Assembly: GCA_043228905.1 (NCBI GenBank)
Contig: JBHGNT010000003.1
Coordinates: 496,001 to 560,000 of the forward strand
Direction of reading: 5' to 3'
Length of the DNA stretch: 64,000 nucleotides
Origin: Azolla caroliniana
Lineage: Eukaryota > Plantae > Polypodiophyta
Shown one piece after another: positions 60,125 through 64,000 of the stretch. The notes under the pieces were generated by a model. It ran no database searches. It saw only the letters and a program-made list of their open reading frames with translations, and was not told the DNA's origin. Each line of letters starts with the position of its first letter. Within the stretch, counting starts at the first letter, position 1. The translations under genes and the position numbers were made by a program.

Positions 60125-62227
60125 CAAAATCATCATATGATATGTTTACATGGGTTGTTCTCTAAAATGTGTCTTTTGTTGTAGTCATAATTCACAACCT
60201 ACAATTTTGCACCTTTTTATTATCAATAGCATGGGTAAACCTTGTACTTTCACAACTTTACCTTTAAGTTTTTTTCCATTTATTTAGGTAGTTTGCATGA
60301 ATGTAGAGATGTGGTGAGGTTGTTCGAGTTTCTTTATCTTTTATAGGTAGCTTAACAACCTTCTTTGGGTTTTAGGTAGCAGTTATCATGCTATAATGTT
60401 GAGGTAGAAATAAAACTAAAAGACTTCTAATGCTATAGATATCATTCTTTCGATAAACTTTCAAGAAACAAATCATACCACTCTTGATGGAGGTTATATT
60501 CTTTCCTAATCTTGTTAAATATATCATTTTAAATGAGGTCGCTTAAAATTATTTTCAATTGCATGATGTGGGAGGAAGAAAATGTGTACAAAAGTTTTTT
60601 GTTTATAATTTAGTTTAACATGGCGGAAATGATTATATAAGTAAACCCCAACAAACTTACACATATAATTATATATACCTTTTACGCATCAAATGAACAT
60701 TTACAAACATGTGAAGTTATTCATCGTAATACATCCATTCCAAACGTAGTAACATCCATAATAGGGACCAAACATTATTATGTCAACCACCTTTAAGGCA
60801 ACAACCTATCTTTTAACTTGTGATAAGGCTTCAAGAATGGTAGATAGAAGCAAACAGACAAATATGCTAACATGATTTCATAAATTTTCTTGAGTTTTTT
60901 GAATTGTAAAGATAAAATAGAGACAGATACTCAATATTGTTGGTAGAAATTGTGAGTGTAGAAAGATGTAGATGTGAATATACATGTTAATGTTTGTATA
61001 CATAATGTATGCATACAATGTGCATGCATGTCCTCTATTTAAGGATTATATTGAAGAGATTAATGCATACATGCATGTGTGTGCGTGCGTGTGTGCATTG
61101 TCTCATTCTAAGAAAGCTCAAACTCCCTCATGGAATACCATGAAACACCATACTATTCAAAACTACCTATCCCCCTTATTCTAGTAAGGACAACTTTATT
61201 TTCATTTCTCAAACAAGTGAATAAGTTGATGCACCATCATATCGCTCTTCATGTACTCAAATATTGACTGCATCATAACAACAACCCCTCTCCTTATTTC
61301 TGTGGGTGCCACCATCTAGTAGAGAGTAATATAACACCTTTAAAGGAAGTTACATGTCTCGTCTTAGTGTTAGCAGGGAACATAGAGATTGCACTTTCAA
61401 TTTAATGACTTGATTTTGCTAGGGGACATAGAGATCGTGTATGTGGTTGATATACAGTCTCAACTACTTTTGGACTTTGTTGATGCCTACGACTTATTAT
61501 GCATTCCACTTAATTATGTGTTTATCTTATAGAAAATGTAAACAATCTCATTGTTGCAAGTTCCCTTACCCCTATAAGGACAAAGGGTAATCATGGTTAG
61601 ATTGATGTTTTTGGGATCAAACCCACGAATTTGATGGTTTTCGTCTAAGGGTAAACATAAATGAAACATAACTATAATTAAAGATGGTGACAAATCTAAC
61701 TTAGGTTGGCATTCTAAATTGTCACTCATAACCAAGATCTATATTTGGAGAGTGGTGATTACAGATCTACCTTTTTGTACAGTTCAATTGGGGGATAATC
61801 TACATTGTTTCATACAATGTCCAATTGCTCATCTAATTTTGGTACTACATACCTTATGTTTGGCAGGTATTGTCACTTTGTTATGTAATGCCAAGTCAGT
61901 GGAGTTTCACAATACACGAACAAACCCAAAAGCATAAATAGAGATCATTTTTCTCTTTCTGGGATATTGGGCATTGGTCATTATTGAGATAGTGCCAACA
62001 TTGATTGTTTTATGGTAGGGTATGGATATTGCAATTCTCCCATTGATGGATTGTTCTTCTTGATTATATCCACTTCAATGTGTCTCAATACCAATTCAAC
62101 AAATTATGATATAACTACATTAATTGTGATAACATTTTTTTGTATGTTTTCCCTTGTGAGAGGTAGTCTAAGAGATGTGTTAAGAATTAGGTAAGTAATC
62201 AAGCAAGGATTAATTAGTACCTAATTA

Positions 62228-62279
62228 TGTGATTAATTGATAAGCGGAAGATTAAGTGATATGTGTGTGTATGTGTGTA

Positions 62280-62336
<57 letters not shown>

Positions 62337-64000
62337 ACAAGATGGGGGATGAGTAAGTATATTAAATTAGCATTATCATCATCATCAAATACAAAAATAC
62401 CCACAATGAGGTATATATACATCTCATGTGCAAAGGTGCACATGTGTGAGTAGAATATAGGTACTAATGTGTAAGTCCTATATTAAATGTACTTAGGAGT
62501 GGAGGATCTAGAATATCCCACTTAAGTGCACGGTCCTATTTAAGGCGTTATAGTCAACACTTCTAACTAGATTCTATCTAGGTAACTACGAAGTTACATT
62601 GTTGACTAACTAACTAGACTAAGTTGAGCTTGATCTCTCAACACGCCCCCTCAAGCTCAAGTGTGAGGCGTCCGACGTTGTTTTCAGCGTTGTCCGGCTT
62701 CCGATGTCGGCTCTTGTGCGGCTTCAGTCCGGCCTTCGGCTTTCCTCGCCGTGGCAATCTTGGTTCCTCCCCCTCAAGCCAGTGACGAAGGCTTGTAGTG
62801 TGTGGGCGAAGGTCGACTACTTCCACCCATCGTGGGTTACGAGCCGCTTCAGTGGAGCTCTTGGGCTCTTGTTCGACTGCTACCTTCATCGCGAAGGCGT
62901 AAAGATGGGCCATGTACTCGTTGTAGCCGTGCCGAGTGACGGGGTTCTTAGCTCTAGATGAGCGTCGAAGTTTTTCGCTCGCCAATGTGAGCGTCTTCTT
63001 TACTTCGGGTGTACGCATGATGGGTACACCAAACTCACTATCTAGTGAGGGAGTCGATCCATCTGAATCATTGTCGTCGGGGTGGTTGACTTTGTATTCG
63101 GGCATCTTACCTTTGCCTTTCTTCAAGTTCGTACTTAGTCGCGGCGTGCTTGGGTCGCATGGGGGCTCTTGTGGCCCACTCGGCCTTGTTGTAATCGGAC
63201 ATTCTTCGAACATGTGCTCGAAGCGATCTCCATCTTCTACCTCTTGTTTGGCGGATTCCGGGTTGACCGTAGTCGGAGTCGAAGTTGTCTCTCGTGCGTA
63301 CCAGGATGCGAACTCGTCGAAGACTACGTCTCGACTTACCCGAACCACTCGTGTAGAAGGGTTGTAGCACTTGTACGCCTTCTTCTCGGACGAGTATCCT
63401 ATGAGGATACATTCCTCCGACTTCGCGTCGGGCTCCTATCGTTGTTCGTTCGGGATGCGTACATTCGCAATGCTTCCGAACACTTTGAGGTGCGACAAGA
63501 TCGGCTTCCTTCCAACGAGGAGCTCGTAGGGAGTTAGCTCATGCACTCCATTAGTGGTGCATTGATTCATGAGATAGACGGCTGTGGATGCTGCTTCAGC
63601 CCAATAGAAATTCGGCATGTGCTTCTCATGCATCATGGCGTGTGCCATCTCAAGTATTTGCCGATTCTTCCTTTCGGCTACTCCATTTTGTTGGGGTGTG
63701 TGTCGGCACAAGAATTCTCTCCGAATGCCTTCACTTTGGAGGTAGGAGGTGAATTCATCGGAGAAGTACTCCGTTCCTCCATCCGATCGTAGGCATCGAA
63801 TGTGCCAACCAGTTTCTTTTTTGACTTGCCCCTTGAGCTTTTGGAAGTGGGAGAACACTTCACTCTTCTTCTTCATTGGGTAGATCCACGCATAACGCAA
63901 GTTGTCGTCAATGAAGGTTACGTAGTATCGGCATCCGCCGATCGTCGGTGTTTGAGCCGGTTCCCATACATCCAAGTTTACAACGTCAAGGAGGCCTTTG
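62228..64000 (-). mobile_element. Copia deletion derivative (integrase, linker, 3' region, 3' LTR; RT/RNase H missing); continues beyond the window
   Basis: Integrase GGCRYYVTFIDD...PQQNGVAERKNR...VSRDVVFDE, then linker AMKVAVEQEP...ARNPRWVE joined directly to the 3' region. PPT AGGGGGCG at 62644-62651. LTR starts TGTTGAGAGATCAAGCTCAAC at 62643; far end ~62228 is approximate. Confidence 0.85.

Noticed and set aside
61500-62200. Possible decayed LINE endonuclease remnant on the minus strand
   Set aside because: Only faint motif echoes; too degraded to call without an HMM search.

Overview
This is land-plant nuclear DNA. It is probably a non-seed vascular plant such as a fern; that is inferred from a Tcn1-like and a fungal-like gypsy element, a group III WRKY, and an LHCA4 gene. 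Five host genes are supported: a chloroplast AAED1/peroxiredoxin-like-2 gene (9 exons, +), a group III WRKY (4 exons, +), a prohibitin PHB3/4-type gene (+), LHCA4 (3 exons, -) and a bifunctional sn-2 GPAT6-like gene (2 exons, +). A ~30 kb TE block (20.7-50 kb) lies between LHCA4 and GPAT. It holds a copia element with a very young, intact gypsy element nested inside it, two L1-type LINE remnants, a ~155-bp satellite, and a Tcn1-like chromovirus inserted in an old copia gag. A Mutator-like MITE sits at the left end of the window and an RT-less copia derivative at the right end. Main signals: (1) the young gypsy has a textbook -1 frameshift cassette (G_GAU_UUU plus a predicted H-type pseudoknot) between protease and RT, a tRNA-Trp primer site, a tRNA-like A-box/B-box module in its LTR, and mismatched target sites with host-copia sequence missing; (2) the prohibitin splice acceptor and start codon are tandemly quadruplicated, creating three decoy acceptor/uORF units; (3) the GPAT intron is bracketed by complementary G20 and C20 tracts; (4) the Tcn1-like element appears to self-prime. 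All calls were made by eye, without database searches.
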